Assembly (NCBI GenBank): GCA_030390025.1
Contig: CM059432.1
Location: forward strand, 100,256,001 to 100,320,000
Source: Squalus acanthias
Lineage: Eukaryota
Length of the DNA stretch: 64,000 nucleotides
Reading direction: 5' to 3'
Of the stretch, positions 25,858 through 38,165 are shown piece by piece. The position numbers and the translations under genes were made by a program. Positions within the stretch are counted from its first letter, which is position 1. Each line of letters begins with the position of its first letter. The notes below the pieces were generated by a model. It ran no database searches. It was not told where the DNA came from and saw only the letters and a list, made by a program, of their open reading frames with translations.

Positions 25858-26999
25858 GCTTCTGGTATGTACCTCAGTTGAGGAAGCGCTCAGTCAATGT
25901 GGGGAGAGGGGTTTCCCAGGAGGTCACTCTGGAGATGGGTGTCAGGCTCCAAACTTCCACAACAATGAGTAGGCCTGCTAAAAGTTCCCCCACACCTGAG
26001 ACAACAAAGTTCTGCCACCTGCAAATGATCATTGGTGAAAACTCCTTTTTAATGGTGGAGCTGCAGCTGTTAGTAAGCAGTCCACTTGTGAGGCCGCCAG
26101 GATTAACTGGCGTGTTCCAGAGGAGACGTGCAGCACGGGGGAAATGTCTTAAATTCAGAAAGGCCTCTCAAAATGGGATTATAGAGGCAATTAACTGGTA
26201 GTTAAGGGCCTTAAGGGCCTATCCCGCCTCTTGGAGGTGGGATGGAAACGGGGTCTGAAACCACGAATGTGGGAAAATTGCTCGGAGGCGGGATCGGAGC
26301 CGCCCGCCATTTTTAGCGATTTTTGCAACTCACATGCCTCCAATGCCGCCTCCTCGGGCCTGGCAAAATCGAGCTCTAGGTGTTTGATGATGCTGAGGCT
26401 AAGCAAAGAGGTTTTCACTGAGTTGTGCTGTTTGGTGTGGGAAGATCGTCAGCCAAGCAACATCAATGACAATGACATGAATTTCTATGTTCTGGCACTG
26501 TCACAGGACCCATGCAGGTCTTCAAATAAATCACCTGCTATGCATGAATGCAATAAACTTCTGCCTGCACAATGTGACTGAAGAAGACATGCACGTTTCT
26601 TAAGTTCAGTATGGACCTTGAGTACAAAAGCCAAAGCAGCACGGTTTCTAACACTACAGAGCATTATCAACTGCACCCACATTGCATTTGCACAACTCCT
26701 CATAATCCAGAGCTAATAAATGAATAAAAGAGACTACCATTCCATCAATATACAGGTTGTTTGCAAGTAGCAGCTCAAAATCATGCATGTGCACACAAAG
26801 AGTATTCATTTAGCTTCAGGTAGCTCAAATTATATCAAGGGTATGTCACACAGAAGGCTGGCTACTGGAAGACAAAGGATACACAGTACTCCCATGGCTG
26901 ACGACCCTCTGGTGAATCTTTATACTCAATTTAGCAAACATATAATGATGCTTATCCCAGAACCAGCATGTTCATTGAACAAGCTTTAGGGTTACCTAC

Positions 27000-28240
27000 A
27001 CATCATCCAAGCCTTTGTCACCTCCAGACTTGTCTATTCCAATGCTCTCCTGGCAGGTCTCCCATCCTCCATCCTCCATAAACTTTAGATCATCTAATAC
27101 TTATCTACCTGAATCCTATGCCGCACCAAATTCCGTTCACCCGTAACCCCTGTCTTTGCTGACACATAGGGGGAAAAATTCGCCATCGCCCATTTTGGGG
27201 CGCTAATATTGGCCGAGCGCAAAGTTTAGCACCCGAAGCTAATTATCGCCTCCGACTACAAAATTCGCCTCTATCGCCCCTGGAGATAATTTGAGCACTA
27301 AATCAGGCGCTACACACCTCTCTTAAGGCGTAAACATCAAGGAGCGAGGTGCTACCTCAGAACGCTACCGAAGCTCAAGCGATGCCAGTTACCATGGAAG
27401 CCAGACAGACTGGCGCCGTCCAGTTCTTAAAGGGGAGGGGCCATCTTGCTGGCCAGCCACTCCCTGCTCATTGCAGCCTTGAATCTCGGCGTGGAGAGAC
27501 TTCAAAAGCAATTGTGTTGGAAGCACTAAGGATAGGCCCAGGGAAAGAGCTCAGCGCTTAGGAACCTCAAAAGTAGTGCTGAGGGCCAAAACTCCTTAGG
27601 ACAGCGTTAAAACCAAAAATTTTGCCGACAAGAAAGGGCAGGAAGCGCCCGCCTTTAAATAGCGCTCCCCCAGCCCCTTCCCGACTTGAAAACGTTCCCC
27701 TCTGCCTGTCATTCCTAGCGGCAGGCGCTAAGGCAGGGGGCACAACTCAGTATCCGGTCTGGGACGCTACTGGGGCATTGCACGCTTGACTGACGTCACG
27801 TACTGTGGGCGCAGGAGATCGAGGCGCTAACCAACTAAATTTTCCCCCGAGTCTCCAATTTAAAATTATTTTCCTCATGTTTAAATATCTTCATGGCCTC
27901 AACCTCCCCTATTTATATCATCGCCAGCAGCCCTACAATACCCACCATCAAACTCTCTGGCTCTTGCCTCACGTGTACACTCCACTTTGTCCCACTACTG
28001 ACGGCTGTGCCTTCAGTCACTGCCCCATGCTCTGGAATTCCATCCCTAATCCATTCTGCATCTCCACCTCCTTCTCCTCCTTTAAGACCCTCTTTAAAAC
28101 CCACCTCTTTGACTAAGCTTTTGGTCACCTCCGTTAATATCTTTATCTTTGGCTCAGCATCCGTTTCTTTGTTATGTTTCCATGAAGCGGCAGGGGTCCT
28201 TTTTCTATGTTAAAGACTCTATATAAATGCAAGTTATTCT
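27000..28240 (+). mobile_element. L2 3' fragment (copy at 35750-36990), interrupted by a MITE
   Basis: AFVTSRL.YSNALL segment and tail ...ctatataaatgcaagttattcttgttg. Confidence 0.75.
27169..27848 (+). mobile_element. MITE family A
   Basis: TIRs GGGGGAAAAATT / AATTTTCCCCC; similar to 9615-10487. Confidence 0.85.
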
Positions 28241-28589
28241 TGTTGCATGAAAAGAAAGACGAGAAAAAAACATCATCCCATCTGGACATGGTGCAACCAC
28301 ATATACCATTGACCCAGCACTAACCATATAGTGTTCTGGGAAAGATAGAAAAAGAGAAAATGCCCGCAGCCAATTCAGAAAATTCTGTGGGAAATTCTTC
28401 ATTTTAGCTTTCTTTTATTGTCATTGTGTGCACAATACAAGTGTTACAAGAACCCTTAAAAAAAAATACTATCATGGTGACATCTTTAAATATTTTTATC
28501 TGTGCTAGTACAAGATTAAATATGACTTCTGGCAACTATGTTTGTATAACTTAAGGTATCAGATTGAAAAATATGATTTTTTTAAAATT

Positions 28590-29415
28590 TGTTTTTATGG
28601 TATGTGGGCGTCGCTGGCAAGGCCAGCATTTATTGCTCATCCCTAATTGACCTTGAGAAGGTGGTGGTGAGTCACCTTCTTGAACCGCTGCAGTCTGTGT
28701 GGTGAAGGTACTCCCACAGTGCTGTTAAGTAGGGAGTTCCAGGATTTTGACCCAGCGAGGATGAAGGATCGGCAATATACTTCTAAGTCAGGATGATGTG
28801 TGACTTGGAGGGGAACTTGGAGGTGGTGGTGTTCCCATGTGTCTGCTGCCCTTGTCCTTCTAGGTGGAAGAGGTCGCGGGTTTGGGAGGTGCTGCCGAAG
28901 AAGCCTTGGCGAGTTGCTGCAGTGCATCTTGTAGCTGTTACACACTGCAGCCACAGTACGCCAGTGGTGGAGGGAGTGAATGTTTAAGGTGGTAGAGGGG
29001 GTGCCAATCAAGCGGGCTGCTTTGTCCTGGATGGTGTCGAGCTTCTTGAGTGTTGTTGGAGCTGCACTCATCCAGGCAAGTGGAGAATATTCCATCACAC
29101 TCCTTACTTGTGCCTTGTAGATGGTAGAAAGGCTTTGGGGAGTCAGGAGGTGAGACACTCGCCACAGAATACCTAGCCTCTGACCTCCTCTTGTTGCCAC
29201 AGTATTTATGTGGCTGGTCCAGTTAAGTTTCTGGTCAATGGTGACCCCCAGGATGTTGATGGTGGGGGATTTGGCGATGGTAATGCCATTGAATGTCAAG
29301 GGATGGTGTTTAGACTCTCGCTTGTTGGAGATAATCAGTCCCTGGCACTTCTGCGGCGCGAATGTTACCTGCCACTTATCAGCCCAAACCTGAACATCGT
29401 CCAGGTCTTGTTGCA
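28590..29415 (-). mobile_element. CR1-group non-LTR retrotransposon 3' fragment
   Basis: QDLDDVQVWADKWQVTFAPQKC...ILGVTIDQKLNWTSHI...YKAQVRSVMEYSPLAW: RT thumb / C-terminal region. Confidence 0.88.
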
Positions 29416-30455
29416 TCCACCATCCACCATATAGGCTCCAATAGTGTGCATTTACATTATTTTCCATTCCGCATTACGTTGGTAGCTCTCCTTAAGTTCT
29501 TCCCCCCATCTTTCTATGCCCTTTGGGTTTCTGAGCCAATGCTGATATGCTCAATAATTCTTATCCATGTAGTTTGGATCCTAACTTGGCAGATGGCCTG
29601 CCCTCTGCTCCTGATGAGGCCATGCATGCCATTTAGAAGGACGATGAAATCTCAGGCAGAGCCAGAAATTTCAAATGTTGTGAGCAACCATTGCCTATAC
29701 ACATGAATTTCCTGATTGCATGGATATATTTAAAGTCTGTTCAGAAGTTCTGGTGATCAATCAACTTAACTGCTTCAGAAATGTGAAGCTGATAACACTA
29801 CAGAGATGTGCTGATTTACTAGTTCTGCCAGGTAAGAATATCAAATTCTTGACTCTGACCAAAGTGCATTTTACTTTTCAAATAATAATCACTAATAAAA
29901 TATACAGATTGATTAATATAGTTCCTCACCACTCCTAGGCATTGTTTAACAATCAACGTTTGCATCTAAGAACATAAATGTTATTCTGATCATGGTTGAT
30001 TAAGTTTGTGATCATTTGATTATGACTCAAAATGCTGGTGAATTATAATGAATTTCTATTATATTTAATTATAATTGCAGCAGGAGGGTAAAGAAGGGGA
30101 TTATGTTGCCACAAAATGATAATTACTGTTGGTGATAACAGTGGTTGAATACTTAATGGGTTTGTATGAAACCCTTATCCATGCTTTTCTCACTTCTAAT
30201 CCCAGTTTAACATCTTCCTTGCCAGCCTTCACAAATTCCAACTTGTTCAAATCTCAGCTGCCAATAGCCTGCTCTACACTATGTCTACACTCCCCTTCAT
30301 CACCTATTCTTGATGACCTAAACTGGCTTATCACCCAGTGCATTGAATTTAAAATCCTTATCCTCATCTTCACATTTCGCAAGGACTCACAGCATCCTAC
30401 CTCTGTAACCTCCTCCTGCGTTGTGCTCACCGTTCCCTTCAGTCTTCTGATTCTG

Positions 30456-33400
30456 ATTGATCTAATATCCATTACAGAGACATGGTTGCAAGGTGACCAA
30501 GGTTGGGAACTAAATATTCCAGGGTACTTGACGTTTTGAAAAGACAGAGAATGGAAAAGGAAGGGGGGTAGCCCTGAAATTAAAGGATTACATGAGGACA
30601 GTAGTGAGAAAGGATCTTGGCTCAGAAGATTGGGAAGTAGAATCAGTATGGGTGGAGCTAAGAAATAATAAGGGGCAGGAATCACTGGTGGGAGTAGTTT
30701 ATAGGCCCCCAAACAGTAGCTATACCGTTGGGCAGAGTATTAATCAACAAATAATAGGAGCTTGTAACAAAGGTAATACAATAATCATGGGGGACTTTAA
30801 TCTTCATATAGACTGGGAAAGTTAAATTGGCAAAGGTAGTCTGGAGGACGGGTTCATGGAATGCATTTGAGACAGTTTCCTGGAACAATACGTCATGGAA
30901 GCAAGAAGGGAACAGGCTATTTTGGATCTTGTATTGTGTAATGAGACAGGGTTAATTAGTAATCTCATAGTAAAGGATCCTCTGGGGAAGAGTGATCATA
31001 ATATAATAGAATTTCACATTGAGTTTGAAAGTGAAATACTTAAGTCAGAAACTAGAGTCTTAAACTTAAATGAAGCCAATAAATAGGTATAAGGGGTGAG
31101 TTGGCTAAGGTAGATTGGGAAATTAGATTAAAAGATATGATGGTAGATAAGCAGTAGCAAAAATTTAAAGACATTGACGTAAGAAAACTACTAGGCACTT
31201 GGTCTAAGCGTTAAACAAAGCTTTAATCAACTGTTTTACAACATGGAGATGTAGTTGTCCTTCACTAGTTCCTGTTAAAGAATGTCCTGAGCAAGCTGGG
31301 CCCATGCCTGAGTATTTATAGTCTCCCTGGACAGCGCCACCAGCAGGCCGCCCAGTATTATTTCATAAGTCATTTTCCATGAATGACAAGATTCATGTCA
31401 GACATATGCCAAAATTCTCAACAAATATACATTCTATTGAGAAATAAAAACTCCACAGGAAAAGTGATCCATCCATGGCTAACTAAAGAAGTTAAGGATA
31501 GTATTAGATCAAAAGAGACTTATAATGTTGTGAAGAATAGGAGTAAGCCTGAGGATTGTGAGAGCTTTAGAAAACAGCAAAGGATGACCAAAGAATTGAA
31601 AAAAAGTGAGAAAGTAGAATACGAGAGTAAACTAACAAGAAATATAAAAACAGAATGTAAGAGCTTCTACAAGAATGTAAAATGGAAGAGAGTAGCAAAA
31701 GTAAACACTGGTCCCTTCAAGGCTGAGACAGGAGAAATTATAATGGGGAATAAGGAAATGGCAGGGACTTTAAACAAATATTTTGTAACGGTCTGCACAG
31801 TAGAAGACACAAAAAGCATACCACAAATAGTGGGAAAACAAGGGGCTAATAAGAGTGAGGAACTTAAAGTAATTACTATCAGTAGAGAAAAAGTACTTGA
31901 GCAACTAATGGGATTAAAAGCCTACAAATCCCCTGGACCTGATGGTCTACATCCTGGGGTTCTAAAAGAGGTGACTGCAGAGATAGTGGATGCACTGGCT
32001 CTGATCTTCCAAAATTCACTAGATTCTAGGACGGTCCCAGCGGATTGGAAGGTAGCAAATGTAACCCTGCTATTCAAGAAAGGAGGGAGAGAGAAAACAA
32101 GGAACTACAGGCCAGTTAGACTGACATTAGTCGTCAGGAAAATGCCAAAATGCATTATTGAGGAAGTAGTAACAGGGCATTTAGAAAATCATAATATGAT
32201 TAGGCAGAGTCAATGTGGTTTTATGAAAGGGAAATCATGTTTAACAAATTGATTAGAGTTTTTTGAGGATGTAACTAGCAGGATAAAGGGGAACCAGTGG
32301 ATGTAGTATATTTGGATTTCCAAAAGGCATTCAATAAGGTGCCACACAAAAGGGTGTTATGCAAGATAAGGCTCATTCTGTTGGGGGTAATATACTAGCA
32401 TGGATAGAGGATTGGTTAATGGACAGAAAACAGAGAGTAGGGATAAATGGGTCATTTTCCGGTTGGCAGGCTGTAACTAATGGAGTGCCGCAAGGATCAA
32501 TGCTTGGGCCTCAGCTATTTACAATTTATATTATTGACTTAGATGAACAGATCGAGTGCAATGTATCCAAGTTTGCTGACGATAAAAGCTAGGTGGGAAA
32601 GTAAGCTGTAAGGAGGACACAAAGAGCCTGCAAACTAATCCCCAGCTGCCTGCAGTAAAACCTGCAAAGCAGGTTAAAGTAGAGGCTTCAGGTCTTATTA
32701 TAATATTTTAAATACCTGGCAGCGGGTTGTCTGCCCGCCCCCGTCCCACCTGAGTAAAAGGTGAAAGTGGGCGAGATGCAGACGGGTTGGGGTCGGGTTT
32801 TAGATTTTTACAACTTTCACTTCACCCCCTCGCCTCCAACCCACCCGTTTTTTCCTGTGAGAACTCCTGCCAGAAAGTTGGCATGCAGGTACAGCAAGCA
32901 ATTAGGAAGGCAAATGACATGTTGCCCTTAATTGCAAGGGGGTTGAAGTACAAGAGTAAAGAAGTCTGACTACAATTGTGCAGGGCTTTGGTGAGACCAC
33001 ACCTGGAGTACTGTGCACAGTTTTGGTTTCCTTATCTGAGGAAGGACATACTTGCTTTAGAGGCGGTGCAACAAAGGTTTACTAGATTGATCCCTGGGAT
33101 GAGAGGGTTGGCCTATGAGGAGAGATTGAGCCTACACTCTCTGGAGTTTAGAAGAATGAGAGGTGATCTCATTGAAACATACAAGATTTTGAGGGGTATT
33201 GAGAGGATAGATGCCGAGAGGTTGTTTCCCCTGGCTGGAGAGTCTAGAACTAGGGGGCATAGTCTCAGTATAAGGGGTTGACTATTTAAGACTGAGATGA
33301 GGAGGAATTTCTTCACTCAGAGGGTTGTGAATCTTTGGAATTCTCTACCCAAAGGGTTGTGGATGCGCAGTCATTGAACATATTCAAGGCTGAGAAAAAC

Positions 33401-33521
33401 AGATGTTTGAACTCTAGGGGATTCAAGGGGTAGGGGATCAGGTGGAAAAGTGTAGTTGAGGTCGAAAATCAGCCATGAAGGCCTACTCCTTCTCCTAATT
33501 CCTTTGTTCTCATGTTCTTAT
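30456..33521 (+). mobile_element. CR1 LINE, 5'-truncated ORF2 relic (APE endonuclease + RT)
   Basis: ITETWL, GVVYRPP, MGDFN, LGKSDH, KSPGPDGLHP, GVPQGS.LGP, FADD and LVRPHLEYC motifs; multiple stops; tail ...ttgttctcatgttcttatg. Confidence 0.95.
31175..31400 (-). mobile_element. 226-bp solo LTR inside CR1
   Basis: TGAC...GTCA ends, exact 5-bp TSD GACAT, minus-strand TATAAATA (31313-31320) and ATTAAA (31222-31227). Confidence 0.85.
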
Positions 33522-33601
33522 GGCCCTCCGTAGTGCAATATCCTTCAACCACTTCAGCCATACTCTCTAAAACAGGGGTTCTCAACCTTTTTGCTTCTAA
33601 G

Positions 33602-35126
33602 GCTGAGTACTGCAGGGCTCCACCTGATCTATCAAGACATCTGAATTGCATCTTCAGCAAGCCGATGGTTTGCTCGATTATGGATCTGGTGAAAATGTGG
33701 CTGGAGTTGTAGCGCTCCTCAGCTTCGTTGGATGGCCTCCTCAACGGCGTCATTAGCCATGTCTTCAGGGGATAGCCCTTGTCTCCAATTAGCCATCCAA
33801 AAAGTTCGTCTGGCAGACTGAAGAGTGGAGGCACACTAGACTGGCGCAGGATGAAGGAGTCATGGCAACTGCCAGGGTACTTAGCGCAAACATGCAAAAG
33901 TTCCTTATTGTGGTCACACACCAGCTGTACGTTGAGGGAGTGGAAGCCCTTGCGGTTGACAAAAATACCTGGATTGTGATGGGGTGCCTTAAGGGCCACA
34001 TGTGTGCAGTCAATGATGCCCTGCATCCTTGGAAACCCTGCCAGATTGGCAAACCCAACCGCACGTGCGGTCACACTTGCTTGATCCTTGGAGAAATTGA
34101 TGTAATTGTGCGCGATGGCAAAGAGGGCATCGGTTACCTGCGTGATGCAAGTGTGTGCGGCTGCCTGGAAGATGCCGCTGATGTCAGCTGCTGATCCCTG
34201 GAATGAGCCTGAAGCAAAAAAGTTGAGTGCGGTGGTGACTTTGACGGCCACTGGTAAGGGGTGTCCACCTGCTCCTCTGGGCTCCAGGTCTTGCTGCAGC
34301 ATTGCGCAGATGTCACCCACTACCTCTCGCGAAAGCCTGAGCCTCCTTTGGCACTGCTGCTCAGTCATGTTGAGGTAGCTGATCCTCTGTCTGTAGACCC
34401 TGTGTTTTGGGGGTATCTCCTGCGGCAACGTGCTTCCATGCGCTGGCGCCTTCTGGCCTGTGCAGCTTCAGGTGGGTGAGCAGCAGCTTGGAGCTCCTGT
34501 TGTTACTCCTGCAGTTGGTGCTGCTGATGTTCAGGGTTCTGCTGCTGCCGTGGCTGGTCTTCGTCCGAATCTGATGTCCAGGAGGAAAGGAAATAAATGG
34601 TTCCCATGCTTCTGGTATGTACCTCAGTTGAGGAAGCGCTCAGTCAATGTGGGGAGAGGGGTTTCCCAGGAGGTCACTCTGGAGATGGGTGTCAGGCTCC
34701 AAACTTCCACAACAATGAGTAGGCCTGCTAAAAGTTCCCCCACACCTGAGACAACAAAGTTCTGCCACCTGCAAATGATCATTGGTGAAAACTCCTTTTT
34801 AATGGTGGAGCTGCAGCTGTTAGTAAGCAGTCCACTTGTGAGGCCGCCAGGATTAACTGGCGTGTTCCAGAGGAGACGTGCAGCACGGGGGAAATGTCTT
34901 AAATTCAGAAAGGCCTCTCAAAATGGGATTATAGAGGCAATTAACTGGTAGTTAAGGGCCTTAAGGGCCTATCCCGCCTCTTGGAGGTGGGATGGAAACG
35001 GGGTCTGAAACCACGAATGTGGGAAAATTGCTCGGAGGCGGGATCGGAGCCGCCCGCCATTTTTAGCGATTTTTGCAACTCACATGCCTCCAATGCCGCC
35101 TCCTCGGGCCTGGCAAAATCGAGCTC
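33602..35126 (-). mobile_element. Duplicated right part of the Harbinger element (truncated transposase + right TIR)
   Basis: Copy of 24852-26376; the ORF at 33469-34428 is chimeric after ...GGALQYSA. Confidence 0.92.
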
Positions 35127-35918
35127 TAGGTGTTTGATGATGCTGAGGCTAAGCAAAGAGGTTTTCACTGAGTTGTGCTGTTTGGTGTGGGAAGATCGTC
35201 AGCCAAGCAACATCAATGACAATGACATGAATTTCTATGTTCTGGCACTGTCACAGGACCCATGCAGGTCTTCAAATAAATCACCTGCTATGCATGAATG
35301 CAATAAACTTCTGCCTGCACAATGTGACTGAAGAAGACATGCACGTTTCTTAAGTTCAGTATGGACCTTGAGTACAAAAGCCAAAGCAGCACGGTTTCTA
35401 ACACTACAGAGCATTATCAACTGCACCCACATTGCATTTGCACAACTCCTCATAATCCAGAGCTAATAAATGAATAAAAGAGACTACCATTCCATCAATA
35501 TACAGGTTGTTTGCAAGTAGCAGCTCAAAATCATGCATGTGCACACAAAGAGTATTCATTTAGCTTCAGGTAGCTCAAATTATATCAAGGGTATGTCACA
35601 CAGAAGGCTGGCTACTGGAAGACAAAGGATACACAGTACTCCCATGGCTGACGACCCTCTGGTGAATCTTTATACTCAATTTAGCAAACATATAATGATG
35701 CTTATCCCAGAACCAGCATGTTCATTGAACAAGCTTTAGGGTTACCTACACATCATCCAAGCCTTTGTCACCTCCAGACTTGTCTATTCCAATGCTCTCC
35801 TGGCAGGTCTCCCATCCTCCATCCTCCATAAACTTTAGATCATCTAATACTTATCTACCTGAATCCTATGCCGCACCAAATTCCGTTCACCCGTAACCCC
35901 TGTCTTTGCTGACACATA

Positions 35919-36598
35919 GGGGGAAAAATTCGCCATCGCCCATTTTGGGGCGCTAATATTGGCCGAGCGCAAAGTTTAGCACCCGAAGCTAATTATCGCC
36001 TCCGACTACAAAATTCGCCTCTATCGCCCCTGGAGATAATTTGAGCACTAAATCAGGCGCTACACACCTCTCTTAAGGCGTAAACATCAAGGAGCGAGGT
36101 GCTACCTCAGAACGCTACCGAAGCTCAAGCGATGCCAGTTACCATGGAAGCCAGACAGACTGGCGCCGTCCAGTTCTTAAAGGGGAGGGGCCATCTTGCT
36201 GGCCAGCCACTCCCTGCTCATTGCAGCCTTGAATCTCGGCGTGGAGAGACTTCAAAAGCAATTGTGTTGGAAGCACTAAGGATAGGCCCAGGGAAAGAGC
36301 TCAGCGCTTAGGAACCTCAAAAGTAGTGCTGAGGGCCAAAACTCCTTAGGACAGCGTTAAAACCAAAAATTTTGCCGACAAGAAAGGGCAGGAAGCGCCC
36401 GCCTTTAAATAGCGCTCCCCCAGCCCCTTCCCGACTTGAAAACGTTCCCCTCTGCCTGTCATTCCTAGCGGCAGGCGCTAAGGCAGGGGGCACAACTCAG
36501 TATCCGGTCTGGGACGCTACTGGGGCATTGCACGCTTGACTGACGTCACGTACTGTGGGCGCAGGAGATCGAGGCGCTAACCAACTAAATTTTCCCCC
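35919..36598 (+). mobile_element. MITE family A (duplicate)
   Basis: Copy of 27169-27848. Confidence 0.85.
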
Positions 36599-37339
36599 GA
36601 GTCTCCAATTTAAAATTATTTTCCTCATGTTTAAATATCTTCATGGCCTCAACCTCCCCTATTTATATCATCGCCAGCAGCCCTACAATACCCACCATCA
36701 AACTCTCTGGCTCTTGCCTCACGTGTACACTCCACTTTGTCCCACTACTGACGGCTGTGCCTTCAGTCACTGCCCCATGCTCTGGAATTCCATCCCTAAT
36801 CCATTCTGCATCTCCACCTCCTTCTCCTCCTTTAAGACCCTCTTTAAAACCCACCTCTTTGACTAAGCTTTTGGTCACCTCCGTTAATATCTTTATCTTT
36901 GGCTCAGCATCCGTTTCTTTGTTATGTTTCCATGAAGCGGCAGGGGTCCTTTTTCTATGTTAAAGACTCTATATAAATGCAAGTTATTCTTGTTGCATGA
37001 AAAGAAAGACGAGAAAAAAACATCATCCCATCTGGACATGGTGCAACCACATATACCATTGACCCAGCACTAACCATATAGTGTTCTGGGAAAGATAGAA
37101 AAAGAGAAAATGCCCGCAGCCAATTCAGAAAATTCTGTGGGAAATTCTTCATTTTAGCTTTCTTTTATTGTCATTGTGTGCACAATACAAGTGTTACAAG
37201 AACCCTTAAAAAAAAATACTATCATGGTGACATCTTTAAATATTTTTATCTGTGCTAGTACAAGATTAAATATGACTTCTGGCAACTATGTTTGTATAAC
37301 TTAAGGTATCAGATTGAAAAATATGATTTTTTTAAAATT

Positions 37340-38165
37340 TGTTTTTATGGTATGTGGGCGTCGCTGGCAAGGCCAGCATTTATTGCTCATCCCTAATTGA
37401 CCTTGAGAAGGTGGTGGTGAGTCACCTTCTTGAACCGCTGCAGTCTGTGTGGTGAAGGTACTCCCACAGTGCTGTTAAGTAGGGAGTTCCAGGATTTTGA
37501 CCCAGCGAGGATGAAGGATCGGCAATATACTTCTAAGTCAGGATGATGTGTGACTTGGAGGGGAACTTGGAGGTGGTGGTGTTCCCATGTGTCTGCTGCC
37601 CTTGTCCTTCTAGGTGGAAGAGGTCGCGGGTTTGGGAGGTGCTGCCGAAGAAGCCTTGGCGAGTTGCTGCAGTGCATCTTGTAGCTGTTACACACTGCAG
37701 CCACAGTACGCCAGTGGTGGAGGGAGTGAATGTTTAAGGTGGTAGAGGGGGTGCCAATCAAGCGGGCTGCTTTGTCCTGGATGGTGTCGAGCTTCTTGAG
37801 TGTTGTTGGAGCTGCACTCATCCAGGCAAGTGGAGAATATTCCATCACACTCCTTACTTGTGCCTTGTAGATGGTAGAAAGGCTTTGGGGAGTCAGGAGG
37901 TGAGACACTCGCCACAGAATACCTAGCCTCTGACCTCCTCTTGTTGCCACAGTATTTATGTGGCTGGTCCAGTTAAGTTTCTGGTCAATGGTGACCCCCA
38001 GGATGTTGATGGTGGGGGATTTGGCGATGGTAATGCCATTGAATGTCAAGGGATGGTGTTTAGACTCTCGCTTGTTGGAGATAATCAGTCCCTGGCACTT
38101 CTGCGGCGCGAATGTTACCTGCCACTTATCAGCCCAAACCTGAACATCGTCCAGGTCTTGTTGCA
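37340..38165 (-). mobile_element. CR1-group 3' fragment (duplicate)
   Basis: Copy of 28590-29415. Confidence 0.88.

Larger units (their letters stand above)
22048..26376. mobile_element. Full-length Harbinger element, 4,329 bp
   Basis: TIRs GGGCTGGAGTTTGTCA / TGGCAAAATCGAGCTC, TAG on both flanks, convergent Myb and transposase genes. Confidence 0.93.
21990..26990 (+). pseudogene. Old Harbinger transposase relic split by a younger Harbinger
   Basis: LNWMELIEN|RCLMMLRLSKEVFTELC joins in frame across the TAG target site. Further relics IINCTHIA, YHSINIQVVC and EGWLLEDKGY lie at 26660-26885. Confidence 0.75.
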
